In this document: positions 26,601 to 41,195 of the stretch, piece after piece
How positions within the stretch are numbered: position 1 is the stretch's first letter
Layout: each line of letters begins with the position of its first letter
Assembly: GCA_003344405.1 (NCBI GenBank)
Contig: NOWV01000003.1
Span: forward strand, 868,001-932,000
DNA length: 64,000 bases
Reading direction: 5' to 3'
Source of the DNA: Trichoplax sp. H2
Lineage: Eukaryota
Made by a program: the position numbers and the translations under genes
The notes under the pieces: generated by a model
The model's input: the letters and a program-made list of their open reading frames with translations, nothing else
Databases searched by the model: none
Told to the model about the DNA's origin: nothing

Positions 26601-29600
26601 GGGTACCAAATTTAGGCAAGAAGCGAGTTGATGAATATTCTCCCTCCTGAAATTACGACGTCAATGTCAGAAATTAAACTTTGTGAAGTATTAAATCAAT
26701 TTCAATGTTATAGAAATTGTTATGTAACTTACGGTAATTCACTTAAATATTTCATTATGGAATCTCTTGTATCAATACTTGCAACGTTATTTAAAGCGAG
26801 GTCGCGCAATTCAGGAAAATGTTTAAATACCATTCTCTATTATAATTAGTGACACAAAACTTATTAAAGCAAAGTTGCTTTAATTTTACAAATGCGCGTA
26901 ACCTCGCATTAAGGCTAGAGCAACCTTAATGGACATATTAGAACAACCTGAAGTGCTGTAATCTTATCATAATGGGCATCGGTAATATCATGATAAGACA
27001 ATGCCGTTCCGGCGTGATCGTTGATTTCAAAAGCAGCATAAAACTTCAATATTTCTAGTAACTGTTAATTAAGAAAAAAAAGTTTCAAGATATAGATAAT
27101 CCCTTTAAGTTTTAATAATTTTACATTATTGCAAGACAGGACCTGTGCAAAAAGTCTTCCTTCTTCTCTTTGAATCAGTCTTGATAGCTGACAGTTAACC
27201 TTAACGACAATAATATCGATTATAAGAAGTAATTTTTTTAATGGAACTCAAGGCTTTACGTATAATAAAAGCCCATGATAATAATAATAATCCAAAATAT
27301 CGTACCACGAAACCACAGCTATCCAATAGAGTATTAAAGAAACGTCGAGTTGGCAGCGCGGTCTACGTAAGACGTACAGTATTAGAGATTTACATAGACT
27401 AGTTAACTAATGCATTTTGCAGTTCATATCACTAACCTCGATATCGATGATGAACTCTAAGTATCTTTCACAATATTGAACTAAATCTGCTGATATCGGG
27501 CCTATTTGATAATCAACAGAATAACGGATCTATTATATATTATTCAGCTACATTTTCTTTAATTCATAATGATAAGTTTAGCCTCAACAGGTGAAGTTAT
27601 AAAGCAATACCTGTTTCAGGAATTTTAGCTAAAATATCGAGAAACTTGTGCATAGACTTCCACAAAAATTGTCTCTCCTTGTTAAGGCTAAAACAAATAT
27701 AACGATATCTAAATTATCGTACTAAATTATGACAACTTCCAAGGGCTTGTTACGTACACCAGTTGAGTTTCCTCATCCGCTTTGGAATAAGTTTTTTGAA
27801 TGGACTTTAGACGTTTCTTATACTTTGGGTTATGCTGTACTTCCTGTTCCACTCGACCCTAAATAATGGAGATAAACGAATATAGCTGCTCTATTTAAAT
27901 CTGTTATATACTGTATGTCTATATGCAATAAAATACAGAAGGTTATATTAAGGTTTTAACATCACTAGGTATTAATATCATTGATAACATTGCATCGACG
28001 CTTATCATCACTAACAGGTAGTAAACATGTCCAAATGGCAATAGATACCAGTCCTTGAATTTCTCGACGTATGATATCGCTTTCCTATTTAATATTCCAA
28101 TTATGGTAAGTAATTTCATATAGCAGATAAAAGCGATAAGCAGCCTAAAGTTATTGAACTTCTATTCATACATTTATTAAGTACTACTGACTAACCATAC
28201 TGTTGAAGCAGTGAATCAAGAATAAAAGTAGCACAGTCTGTTCTTTGATTGTAATTTTCTAAGATAAGTAAAGAAAAATGATTAAATTTTGAGAAAAATG
28301 AAAAAGAATGGGTTTTAGTCATGAACTATAGAGAAGTAAATAAAAAGCCAATGCTACCTCCCAATCATCTGTAGTTAGATTCATGATTTGACGAAACAGC
28401 GCTTGAAAATTTTCGGGTCGATTTCTCAAAAACTATTAACAAGTATTGAAGAAAATAAAAGCACCAATGACAGTCAAATGATACATAGTGAATTAAGAAT
28501 GGTCGTTTACCAGATACCCGATATGCTTGGCACGTTGCAAATATGAACTCAAACGTATAACAATCCCTACCTCCCACAATTGCACTCTCTCACGAAATTT
28601 CTCATTTATCATTACAGTAATGGATATGATATGGGATATCGAAGCCTAACAAATAGCCGTCGCATTAGCAATATAAATATAATGGTATCGATTATTAATA
28701 ATTAGGGCTAGAATCATAACATAAATATAAGATTTACTTAAGATACTAGACAGTCAAGTTACCTTTTGTGGATCATAGTGTGGCCACAAGTAATTTTCCA
28801 GGTACTGACTAAAACGAAAGAAAACTTTGAGTTTAATCCTATTACATTTTATAAATTGGTTATAGAAAAAGTAAAATTTCGCTATGCACAATCGCGAACT
28901 CACAATAATGCATTGAATGACAATTAGGTGGTACGAAATTAACACTATACTGTACCTAAATTCTAGCAACACCATGCGTCTAATGGAAAACCTAAATGAT
29001 AAGATAATTAAGCTGATTTTAGTACGAGCTAACATAGTTAAGATATAATATTATTCATATAGCAAAATGCTAGCTGGTTTAACAATTTGCATTTATCTCA
29101 CAGTAGATAAGGTAATGCCTATGATATATAAGATACTTTAACGATATAGAAATACTGTTACAGCTGCTGACAATGTTTACAATCATACTGCAGCATAGCT
29201 TTCAGTCGATGCTTTGGGTTAAATATTAATTTTACATTTACCAAATTTATCGACTCAATTAATATTCAGCATACTGTGCCAGGCGAATATTTACTTACTT
29301 GCTACCGAGCATTTCCTCTTTATAAATTTTCTCAATAATCTGTTAGAAAAAGAATACAGATATTGATTAAAATTTTTAACAATTACTTCAAATGAGACTA
29401 GGCAGTGCTTGCGGCCAGTTGTAGGCATTCCAGGCAGCATTGAGTAAATTAATTATCATTCGACTCGAAACACAATTACAAAAGAAATTTATAATTTCTT
29501 TATTAGCGAAAAATTGAGATGACTGTACCTCAGGGTCATAGGGAGCTTTTTCAGAGCTATGCGGTGCCCAATACTTGATAGCATACTATAATGAAGGAGT

Positions 29601-30037
29601 AATGAGATGGCTTTAGTTTATAATCAATATATAATCAATAATCCTCAAATTACACAAGAATAGTGTGATCTACAGTACAGTACTACATCGTAGTTCTGTA
29701 TTGAAAGACATGAAATGAACAAGAAATTGCAATAAGTTAAGGACAAGGTACGAACTTTACGCCACATATTGCGGTCCGCTAATTGATATTATGCAATTTT
29801 AATCGCAATTTAAGACCACTGAATCATAAGATCTCTATATAACCCTTTGCTTTACTGTGCTTTACCTCGGTTAAGACGTCATTTTGTATTTGCTGGACAG
29901 TAGGAGCAACGACGTGACCTTTCTTCAATATTTCACCTGTCTTTTGGCCTCTCTCGTTCTATAGTTAATTTTAAGATTAATACCGATAAAACACTGAAGA
30001 GTTATAATTATTATATAACTAGTATTATTGCTGCCAT
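20693..30037 (-). CDS. AQR: Intron-binding RNA helicase Aquarius (many short exons; start codon uncertain, 30037 or 30083)
   Basis: [52 protein letters not shown]-loop [28 protein letters not shown] and [21 protein letters not shown]. The last exon (20693-20833) ends in TAG. Confidence 0.96.
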
Positions 30038-30169
30038 CTTGGATATTATTTTACTCTACCCGTTTTACTTGATTAGACTTCATTTTGCTTCACTGCCACC
30101 TGATACGTAGACCTGACGTTGAAATCCCGTCACTGAAGTAAAGGAAGATATTGTACAATGCACATAAGT

Positions 30170-30690
30170 GATCCAGTACAGTACAGTACAGTACAGTACG
30201 CTCGAGACCCTGTACTACAGTACAGTGTACTGTACACTGTACAGTACTACTGGCACTGTCAATGCTAAAATTCCCGCCGTCTCTAACTACAGTATATTCG
30301 TTACGGAAGTGATAGTGGTATAATATCTAGTGCATGATGGTGTGTACCAGTGCTCCATACAATCCTATTTGTAAAGTACACTGTACAGTACTCTACTGTA
30401 TGGTATGGCTTTCGAAATACTGTAACAGTACAGTACAGTATAGTCACGGCGTGCCTTAGTACTGACGACAGATAGACAGACATCGTATTCCTTTTCCTTA
30501 GCTACTCATCATACGCGAAGTACACTACAGTATAACGAACGTCAGTTTCTACCATGGACTACTAGATGTACAGTACAGTACTGTACACTCAGTGTACAGT
30601 ATGTGCATCTAGTAATTTATGGTTCTACTAGTTATTACTAATCTGGATATCAAGCTACCACGTACTTCTATTAGTACAGTACAGTAAAAA
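30170..30690. repeat. Low-complexity (CAGTA/TACTG)n array upstream of AQR
   Basis: Runs such as CAGTACAGTACAGTACAGTACAGTAC and TACAGTACAGTACTGTAC. Confidence 0.8.
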
Positions 30691-30706
30691 ACTCTCCACT
30701 AGCAGT

Positions 30707-30756
30707 CTCATAGCCAAAGAGGTAAGAGGTTTTTCTTTTACCTCTCTGCTCATAGC
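30707..30756. mobile_element. Tiny (34-bp) inverted-repeat insertion with an 8-bp flanking duplication, hAT-like signature
   Basis: CTCATAGC (30707-30714), then CAAAGAGGTAA...TTACCTCTCTG (30715-30748), then CTCATAGC (30749-30756). Confidence 0.5.
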
Positions 30757-31378
30757 TAACACCGTATTATTCCATGCTTACGAGCAAAAATATTAGATGT
30801 AGTATTAATTCGTTGGTATACGACATCATATTAACACAACAATCAATATGTTTTCATCTGTTGGCATGACCCATATTATTACACGCCACTGCTTAATGAT
30901 ATTTTTAATGTTCAAAGATTGTTGAATTGTAATCCATTGGTAAGGGGATAAGGGCTACATCAGAAATAAATCACCAATAATATTAGTACTGTACGTACAC
31001 TGTAAGGTATTTACTTGTCCTTAATAACCCTGACTATACCCAAATATTGTATAGAATACGGGTAAACTTTCACACCACCACAACTTTTGGATCGAAGTTG
31101 TATTACTATGATTATAATTGAGTAATCGATATCTGAGCGCTTTGTGGTATTTGGGAATTAGTTACGATAGAAACGTGATCTACTATGCTTATATTATATA
31201 CTCGTAAACATACAGCATTATGCCAGAATGTGAAGATATGGTGTATCAGAATTAAAAAATAACATTATTGCGCCAATTTTAGAATATATATTTATTAAGC
31301 AGATCCTTATACATAGCTCTATTAACAATAAATTCGACCAATTTGATGGGTTTGCTTTATACTGTATGAATAGTGATT

Positions 31379-34300
31379 TTAATAAATTCTAGATCCGTAA
31401 CCGAATGTATCTTTCATACTTTGCCAGTAATACCTTTTCCATCCCTCTCTTGTTCGATCGATATCGGTTGCTGGTATACCTGATTGAACCAAATTTAATT
31501 TTGTACAATCGTCTTCCTGAGTAATGCTAATAGTAACTTTAGAGAAATGTCCTAAAACAGCCAAAAAATAAGACATGTAAATCGCTCAATAACTTCATGT
31601 ATACAATTACTAAAATTAGCCAGACATTGCTTTTATCTTGATATTCGTTGTATAGAAGTAAGGCTTTACTTACCTTCAGGCCAAGACTTAAAACGCCATG
31701 TCTGTACAATTTTCGAATGAGGAGTCTAATTAACAAAATAATGAATGTATATCATCAGGACAAATAAAAAATTTTCCAAGAACAGGAGCGTTTTCGAGTT
31801 ATTGATCCGTTATGTCATAAGACACATGTATATATAATAATACTGAAACAAAAAACTATACCAGTTCTAGGAATTTGCCAGTTATATTTCCATCTAGTAG
31901 AGAAAATGTACCACCTTCCTTAGAATCAACCATTGACTCACTGCGCATAAAGGCGGAAACTCTCTAAAATATCCCAAATGCACAATGCATGAACATACAG
32001 GCCGAAAAACTAACGCAAAATATCAAGACTTCTTATGCAATTTAACAGCAATTTAGATGAAATTGCAGCTCCTACTTGTTCAGTTATTAGGGTCATAAAT
32101 AATTCTTCCGCAGTTGTTTTAAATTCATCCTTCATTGTTAATTTCATTGTGTCAATCTTATCTTTGGATGAACTCGTATCGCTTCCAGTTGATGTACTAT
32201 CCTTAGGCTAAAAACAAAAATTTGATATGTTTAAGGTCTGCAATAGCCATGAACTATCTTGCAAATTAAAAGGTATCTTTAATAGGAAAATTTTTTAAGC
32301 TAAAAATTAAACATGTATAAGTAGTACCTTCGATGAGGTCTTATTTGATGAACTTGCAGAAGATGGCTTATGAGATGGACTAGTCTTGCTAGAAGAGCCA
32401 GATTTTCCAGACGTTGGAAGTATTAGTCCTCGAGAGAATTCTATAGGAATATTACGCAATATAAGTAAATTTTTCTCGAATGATATACATAAGTAACATA
32501 GAAATGACATATGAATAACCTTCTTTCAGCTTTTTAATGTATTCACGAATTTTTTCTCTTATCATCACGATTCCATATTTCTCTACGATGTTTCGTAGTG
32601 TCTTGGATGCCTCGTCTCTTGTTTGGGTGGTTACCGTTATCTATTCGTTGTTAATTAAGCACAAAATTACTCAAAATTTCTTTTATTCTTGAAGCAAATA
32701 TGTTTGTTATAAACTTACGGTACTATACGAATTAGAGTAGATTTTAGGCTAAAGTTTATAAACATTAATTAACCAAACAATAAAATATCAAGTTATTGTA
32801 AACTAACATCAATTTCGTCTACGTCGTACTCTTCACCAAAATTGTCGATGGAAATTTTTCCATTAATTTCATCGTCATCATCTTTAAGTTTTCCTAGTAG
32901 TATAACGAGAATATGAATTTAGAACATTAATGATACTGTACATCGAATAGCACTGGTAGGATACTGCAAAATTATTTACACTCCATTGTTGGTCTATCTT
33001 TAGTTTCGAATTTTAGTAGTAGAGTACGCGTATATCAACAATACGAATTTAGCACCTTGATGATATATTAGATAACGCAGGTAAATAATGTGATAGTATT
33101 TGTATTCCATTATTAATCGGTCTTTAGTTTCGAATAATAAACGCTATAGTATCAGACATAATTGTAAGTTATACTATAAGTAGGAAAAACTAAAATTGAG
33201 AAATTATGAATTGTTCCAATATTAAAAATAATTTATTCAAAATAACTTATTTTCTCCAATAAGTCCAAAATGCTAAAAATTTTAAAGTTGGTAACTATAG
33301 TAATATAATTTTCGAGCTCTATAGCTGAAACATGATTTTGGTGGATGAAAATTAATGAATGCTATTAGTACATGAGATAGAAATCTCTCTGTGAGCGTTA
33401 AAAGTGTACCTAATGACAGTTGAATAAGGATTACTGCTCTAGATACAGATACATACAATCAATTCCTAATTCTTAATAAGTTTATAGGCCAATATTTATT
33501 TCTCCAAGAATACCAGTATTTAAATGTAAAAATATACAGTATATATGCTTTTTAATATATGGGCACCAGAGTCACAATTTTAATATAAAAGTATTACCTT
33601 TCCATTCGATTTTCAATTGCCAATCATAGAGAGTAATAAGTTTTGCTTTACGGTTACTAGTTTGCGAATACAACGTAATAAATACGAATTAATTAACGGT
33701 AAAAACATTATGCGTATCAATTAATAAAGAAAGCAAGAAGAAAGAGACTTGCATTACACTTGCTTACCTAACGGTAGCATCGCCATCAGCACTGAGAATC
33801 TTCGTCGTAATACAGTTACCTAATCACGTGAAAAATACGTCCAATTTTAAAATGAATGTAAATAAATTACAATCGAGGATGAATTATGAATATGCACAAA
33901 GTCAAAAGATAATTATTTTACAACACTGCATGGTAACATAGTAAATTCTACGATATGCATAGTTATGTGAGACTACTGCAGCTTAAAGCAAAGCTAGAAT
34001 AGCTGCTGAATTTCGATGATGATGTGGTACTATATAACATATATATATATTTAATCAGCATTACCTTCTACGGTTTCAAATTTTAAGTCTAAAAATAGTT
34101 CCTCAAATATTCCTTTTGACCATTTAGAGGCATCTTTCTCACTCCTATTTATACATAAGATCATTTCAATATATATATATATAATCAGAAACGTGTTATT
34201 TTATTCACTTTATCTGACGAAAGTACATTAAGTTCGTATGGATCATTACTACAGTTAACAGCATGCCATGCGTGAAAGGTATTGTATTTTTTTTTTATTT

Positions 34301-34871
34301 TTGATACTAGAGATCTAGATCTAGATACACTGCTTTTCAGAACTAGCTGCACACACGTAGGGGATAAGTAGATAAAATTTTTCACTCCGCTACCTGCATT
34401 ACGTATACAATATTTTCTAAGATAAGATAAACTAACGACTTCGGAAGTTAGAATTGAATGGAAATGCATTAACGAGATGCACGCTATACTGTATTGTACA
34501 CTAGTGTACAGTGTACTGCAGTAACACGGGAATAGGCACCTTACTGTATGCCATCACCACGTACAGTAGTGTACATATTGTAAGTTTGATCAGCCGCACT
34601 ATCCGTCTCACAGATATCATTAATGAATACAATAATAATAAGTAATATATTTAAGCGATACACGATTGTAGTCGGCAGAATTGACATCATTTTCATCGCA
34701 ACTAACTCATGATAATATTCGACTAAGTTAAAAGTAGCTTGGAAACGACGTGAGCTGGGATTGCAGAATTCGTGTAGTAATCAATTCTTACCAATGCCAG
34801 TTGTTCACATTAGTTGCATCATCTCTTTCTTCAACTATCCACCTCGGATCACCCTGTCCCCACTTCGCCAT
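31379..34871 (-). CDS. AHSA1: Activator of HSP90 ATPase (Aha1), multi-exon
   Basis: N-terminus MAKWGQGDPRWIVEERDDATNVNNWHW, then NRKAKLITLYDW and EFSRGLILPT; C-terminus TREGWKRYYWQSMKDTFGYGSRIY*. Confidence 0.97.
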
Positions 34872-35438
34872 GCCTTATCTTTTAGGTTTTTCTATGTTAA
34901 TATATGTTTATCGTCAAACTTAGGACCTGATCTACTCAAGCCACAGTATGTGAGATAAAAGTTTGAGAAATTTACTATCAATGGCAATGTGATTCAAAGT
35001 GTTGAACAGGGTCACTTAACGACCAAGATTGTGTGTGATCACCTAAGGAGTCCGTGACAATTATAGTACATTGCACCGTACTGTACGGCTTACGTGTACA
35101 GTACACAATAAAGAACTGTACAGTACAAAGTCTACTGTACAGACTTTGTTTTGTAGAGTACTTTACACTGTGCAGAATTCTAGAACTATCTATCATTGAT
35201 CCTCGTTACTTGGCGTCCACACGTCCGTTAGTCCAGAACATCGACAGCCGACAGGCTGCGTCGTCCAGTCCACTCGGATTGTAACGTATTTTATTGAATT
35301 AATTAATAAGTTGATTTTATATTTTCCTAGCCTAGAGACAGGCTAGAGTACAGTACACGAACGTTCTAAATTAAAGGAACTAGGAAATCTTAGTACTCAG
35401 GAGATTTGGAATCGTAGCTTGCATACGTGTTTCTGACT

Positions 35439-36718
35439 ATGGATTCTGTTAAGCAAAGCTATAAGCAACAAATCGCTTTGGATGGATACAAAGCCGAGGG
35501 TGGTTTCCTAAGCTCTTGGGTTTTTCGAAAAAATAACACGAGACGTTTTCAGCGAGTATTTCAGGTTAGTGATGCTGATCACAGTACTGTATTAGCAAAA
35601 CTGTTATTTAAACATCTTTGCACGATAAGGTAGCGTGGCTTATTACCTGAGCTTTTCATAAATTCATTTAATTCACGGTAACTTTACCTTTTAAATACTC
35701 TATTGCATTAGCACTAGCACACGCACGTACTGTACACTCGTACAATAACAGTATGTTGTGGTCAAAACCCGAATTTGGCCAATCGGGTTTTGACCACAAC
35801 TTCTACAAATAACAGTATACGTACTTTACTGTACAGTCTGTAATATGTAATACGTTTTTGTAGTTCGTCTTATGAGATAACTTGTTGGATAATGCTCTGT
35901 GTGTACGTTTAGGCTTTTAGTATCGACCACATAACATGACTTCGGATTACGTAAATATAAAACCATCAGTATAATCGAAGTGTTTATTCTTATAACTAGC
36001 AACATCCAGAATTGCCGGTATATTTAAAAGGAAAAAATGACCGCTTGGTGTTCAGGTATGATAAAAGTGCTCATCACAACAAATTTTTGCTGTGCTGAAG
36101 CTATATCAGTAGATAAAGTCCAAGATATATTTTTACCGCTTATTTGATCTGGATTTTCCAATTATACACGGGAAATCTTACTTTACCCGTACAGTTAATA
36201 TAACTTAATAACAGATTGACAGTACAGTATCGTAGATCTCTCGTCGATATTGTATTTATTGTGCAATGTGCATGTCAATAACCCAGGAATAAGAAATACT
36301 GATACTTTTGATCTTCGATAAATGATTTACATCAAGCTACTATTAACGCGCAGCATAGCAAGTAAGCGGGCTACTAGTTATTGTGCTGTGTATATGCTGT
36401 AAGTACACCGCGTATTTCTAATGGTACTGAAAGGAGTTACAGCGTTAGTATACACATAACAAATTTGTAATGCATTTACGAAGTGTAGTCTCAATCAGAG
36501 TCCGCAATGATGCATTAACCAGTGCATCACGGTTATACACTAAGCATTCATTCCTACTTTGTATCAGAATATTTTTACGCAATATATAATGATGTCCAAT
36601 ATTTCTATTCCTATAATCTAGAGGTATCTTAGGATTTGCAATACTCGCCGGATGTTTGAGCTTGTTTAACATTTATGGCCTGGCAACTAAAAAATTCTCT
36701 GATAAACGAAATGCATAA
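35439..36718 (+). CDS. COX7A: Cytochrome c oxidase subunit VIIa-like protein, 92 aa, 3 exons
   Basis: Exons 35439-35564, 36000-36055 and 36622-36718 are phase compatible. They give ...NNTRRFQRVFQ QHPELPVYLKGKNDRLVFR GILGFAILAGCLSLFNIYGLATKK, matching the COX7A pattern Q..FQ....PV.LKG..D..L.R followed by one TM helix. Confidence 0.8.
35755..35800. repeat. Perfect 18-bp inverted repeat (hairpin) in COX7A intron 1
   Basis: GTTGTGGTCAAAACCCGA, a 10-nt spacer, then TCGGGTTTTGACCACAAC. Confidence 0.92.
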
Positions 36719-37761
36719 CGATCAAGTTATAAAGCGATTATTATAAAAAGATAGCAGATTAGACTATGAAAGCAGAATCCGCTTAACTATAACACTAGAA
36801 TAATTGAGTTGTACGAACGTATTATATTGTCTACTCAATTATTATATTAAAATTCTTATATTTTTAATTTGATTTATGCTTTATTTCGGCACTGCTTTCT
36901 ATGCAAGTGAGATACGGCTTCTTCTGTTTCTTATCATGATATAAAACTTGATGTGCGTGTGAAAGTAAAATTCTTGCTTTGATACTGTATGCAAATGTCT
37001 TTCGTAGATTAGCATCACCCAAATTTTGGTATTCAAAGGAAGACAGTAACTCAGCAACAATTGTCTACGGGTATACGCGTATGTGCGGAGTGAGTGAGTG
37101 ACTTCTCATATTGTAATGGGTCATACCTGGTTCCATTATTTCAGTGATAAAAATTTTCGTGGGTAATTATAGCACTTGTACTTCAGTGATTAGATATTTA
37201 GTACAGCAGTGCTAGTAGAAATCTGTATGTAAAATGTGACGAAATACCATAAGTTGTGAGAGTTTACGCACCGATTGAATCTTAGCAGACTTAACTATCA
37301 TTCCTAAAATTGAAGCGAGTGTGACGTAAGCCGCAGGTATGATATGTAAATATCAAATGGGAATGGGTTATAGAATGATACGTTAATAGTACAGTAAATA
37401 ATCATGAACAGATCTGTTTACAAGAAGTTAAAACCTAGTTCTAGATCAACGAGAAGTTATCTTGGTTTAATGTACTTCAAAGCTTGTATACAGTCTACAA
37501 TCCTTTTCGATAGTTCTTAAATTATTATAATAAAAGGATATCAAGTAATAAGAACACTGTCCATATGATAGACAACAAAGTTTACGTTGATACCGAATAG
37601 AAAATCACAAATTCTACGAAACTTTACATAAAAATGAACATATCCCACAATATATTTACGTATATGCAAATATTTTAGAAACAATTGAACGAAAAGGAAC
37701 AGATTCTACAATTGATGTGTCAATACAGTAATCTTTAGACAAAGATCACAACTATAACAAT

Positions 37762-40700
37762 TTATAGAAGTTTCTTCGCTTTTTCATACAGAGCGTCTAC
37801 CACCTTACCCATATTGCTAATCGTTTCTAAAGCAGCTTCAAAGGACTGATCTACTTGTGGTTCTTCGTAAATTGTTAAAACTCCGCAGCTTTGATCCATT
37901 ATGCCTAATTAAAAAAATTCTCACCATAAGTACTTCAACAAACGAAAGGATGCAACGCAAAATAATCAGACCGTAAAATTTCTTGTCTAAAATCATTTGG
38001 GATAACTTCCGCTCGACAACATTCTAATTAAATGAAATATACATGTATCAATGATAGATATTTTAATCCTATAATCTCCAAGAATTACAACTTAGAAATA
38101 AATAATACCAGAGATAATTTGATAATTGAGGCTACATGTTCGACCTATTAATTGAAATAAACAATAAATTTCTACGTTTACGATTGTTATAACTCCATAA
38201 GAATACCACAATCCGAAGCTCTGCTAAAAATCAGGTCCAGCAGGGATACGTACCTCAACTCTTGAATAAGGTTCGATAATACGTAATAAATTTTGCTCCA
38301 ACAAATTGTCATAAAGGGCATCAAGGTGAGACTATACAAATAACGAAACGGTTATTAGATCTAGACTGGTCGCAATTAAGTTTGTAGTTATATACAGTAG
38401 TACAAACCTGAATTATGGGATCTTCAGTAAGTTCCTGTTTATATTTTTTAGTAGCCTACGGTATCAATACATAAAGACGTGAACATTACAGGTATAATTT
38501 TAAACGAATCAGACACACTATGTAAACATACGAACCTCTTCAAGCTCTGAAAGGGATCTATTATGACCTGCCGTGGCAATGCTTTTCATGGCCTCAAGCT
38601 AGACAGTATATAACATTTTCAATAAAATCATAAATTTCGATAGATAACAGTGATGATAGCAAATTTTTTGCGTCATACCTCAACGCCGGCATAGCGAAGA
38701 GCCAATTTTCCACTAATAATTGACTTAACATCATCCGGACTAGCATTAAATTGCGTTTCAGAATTAGTTGAGATATACAATCAATATCTTACAGACGACG
38801 AAGCAAGTTACCTATTGACCATAATTTTACATAACAGCATATATTTGAGAGCCAATTTTGCAGTTGAATCATCGATAGAATCATAACCCTAAAATCGTTG
38901 CAAGGTTGAAGAGGTTTAAGTCGTGTAAAATGTATGCATATTATTAACAAATGATTAATTAATTCACAATAAAGAAAACGAACTTGATAATTGATTAATA
39001 GTCGAAGCTGTCTCCGTATATTTTATTATGCTGTTCATATTGCAATAAACTAGTAGGTTATTATGCAATAATGGTTACTTTTCTGAGTAAAGTTCATACC
39101 TCGAAAGCTTCATAAAAATAAGAAAATGATGTTTTAAAATCTTTTTCTTCAGCATGCAGAATACCGGACTGCAAATCTAAAGAAGCCTACATTTGAGATA
39201 ATAAAAAACGATTTAAAACGTATGAATCAGCCAGGCAAACAAATCGCTTACAAAAAAATTGCAGTTTACTTGTAATTTTGGAGGGCAGTAAATGGTATTA
39301 GCCGTCGTCCTAGCTGCAGTCAGAGCAGCTCGAGCTTTAGGGATATTTTTAACAGCATGGTATACCTTACTTTCGATAAGTTGAACCTAAATAATTATTT
39401 AGTATAGCTCAATGTCAAGAGTATGCATATAGGCTAAAGGCGTAGTAAGTATTAGGGTTAATAACCTCTACAAGCAATTCTTTATCGTCTAGTTTTTTCA
39501 GTTCTTTGAGCAGCTTAGAACCTTGTTAATGTAACGAATGAATAAAATTTCAATTCTGTAACTTTATGACATAGAAATTAATCATACATACTTAGAGACA
39601 GAGATTCTACGTAATTAGAATTCTCATAGTATAATCCAATCAGGCGTGACTAATAATTAATAAAACAAGATTCATGAGTTATTGGTTTAATTATTAATTT
39701 GAAACAAAACTTTCTGGATATAAGAGTTTTAGGAATAAAATTAAAATATAAAACAGACATAATCTTAAATTTCGAAATTCAACCTCTAGTGCTTGGCGTA
39801 GATAAGATCTTTTCTCATTTTTTGCCCACTCGATACAATCAAGACATAGCTGAATCTATCAATTAACCAATTTAATAGATGAATTATTAAAAAATTCACT
39901 ATTTGCCACTTATACACAAAGGGAATATAAATTTACTCTCTGGTTAATATTTAGGCGCTACATTACCTCAGCTGTGGTTGATGCTTTTATTGATAGGAAT
40001 AGATCCACAAGTTCTTTGACTAATCTAGCAGCTTTGGCTTTGGATACAACACTCAGAAAAGGTCGAGTAGCAGTAATTAGATCAGCCAGACCTAAACCAA
40101 TGCAATTATAACATTGTTACAATAGCCGTAGTTACAGACTTCACCGTAGTGCATTGGCAATTTCGATATTTGCTATATTTAAATATTCACATTAAGCAAT
40201 GAATAGGCATAGGCCATTTAGTACTTGATTCAGATTCTCAAATAAGGCGTTTCACCTCGATAATATGAATTTTTTAATACTAATTCTCGAGTCCGGAATC
40301 ATAAACTTCAGTTAGAGACTTGTGACAATATTAGCGGATTTATAACTTTCATAATTATGGTTTTATGCGTAGTACTTCCAAGTATCAGCTCACAAATGCA
40401 AATTGAAATCAACCGATTATGCAGTAAACTGCGGAAGTAATGCATACAGCATTCAAACGATAATTCGTAAAGTATGTGGACTGCTATGGAAATTCACTTT
40501 TACGATCAAGTTCGAAAGTTTAGCTATCAAAATGTCCAATATTTACGTATAGATTATGAGTGACTAGTGCATTACTCAATTTGATGTTACTTCAGTAAGT
40601 ACCTTGTGATTGCTTGCGTTTAGCCAATAAAGATCCGAGCGCCAAGACTGATTTCTCTTTCAATTTGATGCCATTCTCATCACCCACACGAATATCACGT

Positions 40701-41195
40701 TGTACTATATACGCGTTAATAATGGAAAGTTACATGTCATACAGTGCCGCTAACTAATCAGATCTAGTAATATTATAATTGTAAGTAATTTAATAGCTGA
40801 GTCCTGTAAGAATATGGATTAGGTACTGCGCTACAGTACTACAATAGCATCCTTTTACAGTTAGTTAACAAATAACATCAGTAACAATTCAGTATACTGC
40901 AGTAATGACATCAGTCGCTTTTTGCAATCAACACTCTAGCAGTTATACTACTGCAATAGCACAGAATATGTTGGCGAACTGGTAATACTATATTATAGTG
41001 ATTGCTGAATATCATTGTTAGAATAGTGCCAGCAAGGTCGAAGCAAGTTACGAACACAGTAGACTTTACTGTAATTTTTGAAGAGAAATCCAGCAATAAA
41101 ATACCTATTTCACTTAATGTTTTGATCGCTTTATCAGGATCGAGAGTCAGCTCTTTTTCTATCTCATCCCATTCGCTATTCACTTCCATTACCAT
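37762..41195 (-). CDS. PSMD11: 26S proteasome lid subunit Rpn6, multi-exon
   Basis: [111 protein letters not shown] and [13 protein letters not shown]. Confidence 0.96.

Noticed and set aside
36890..37340. Exon-like plus-strand fragments downstream of COX7A
   Set aside because: They are short, with no coherent frame or recognisable similarity.
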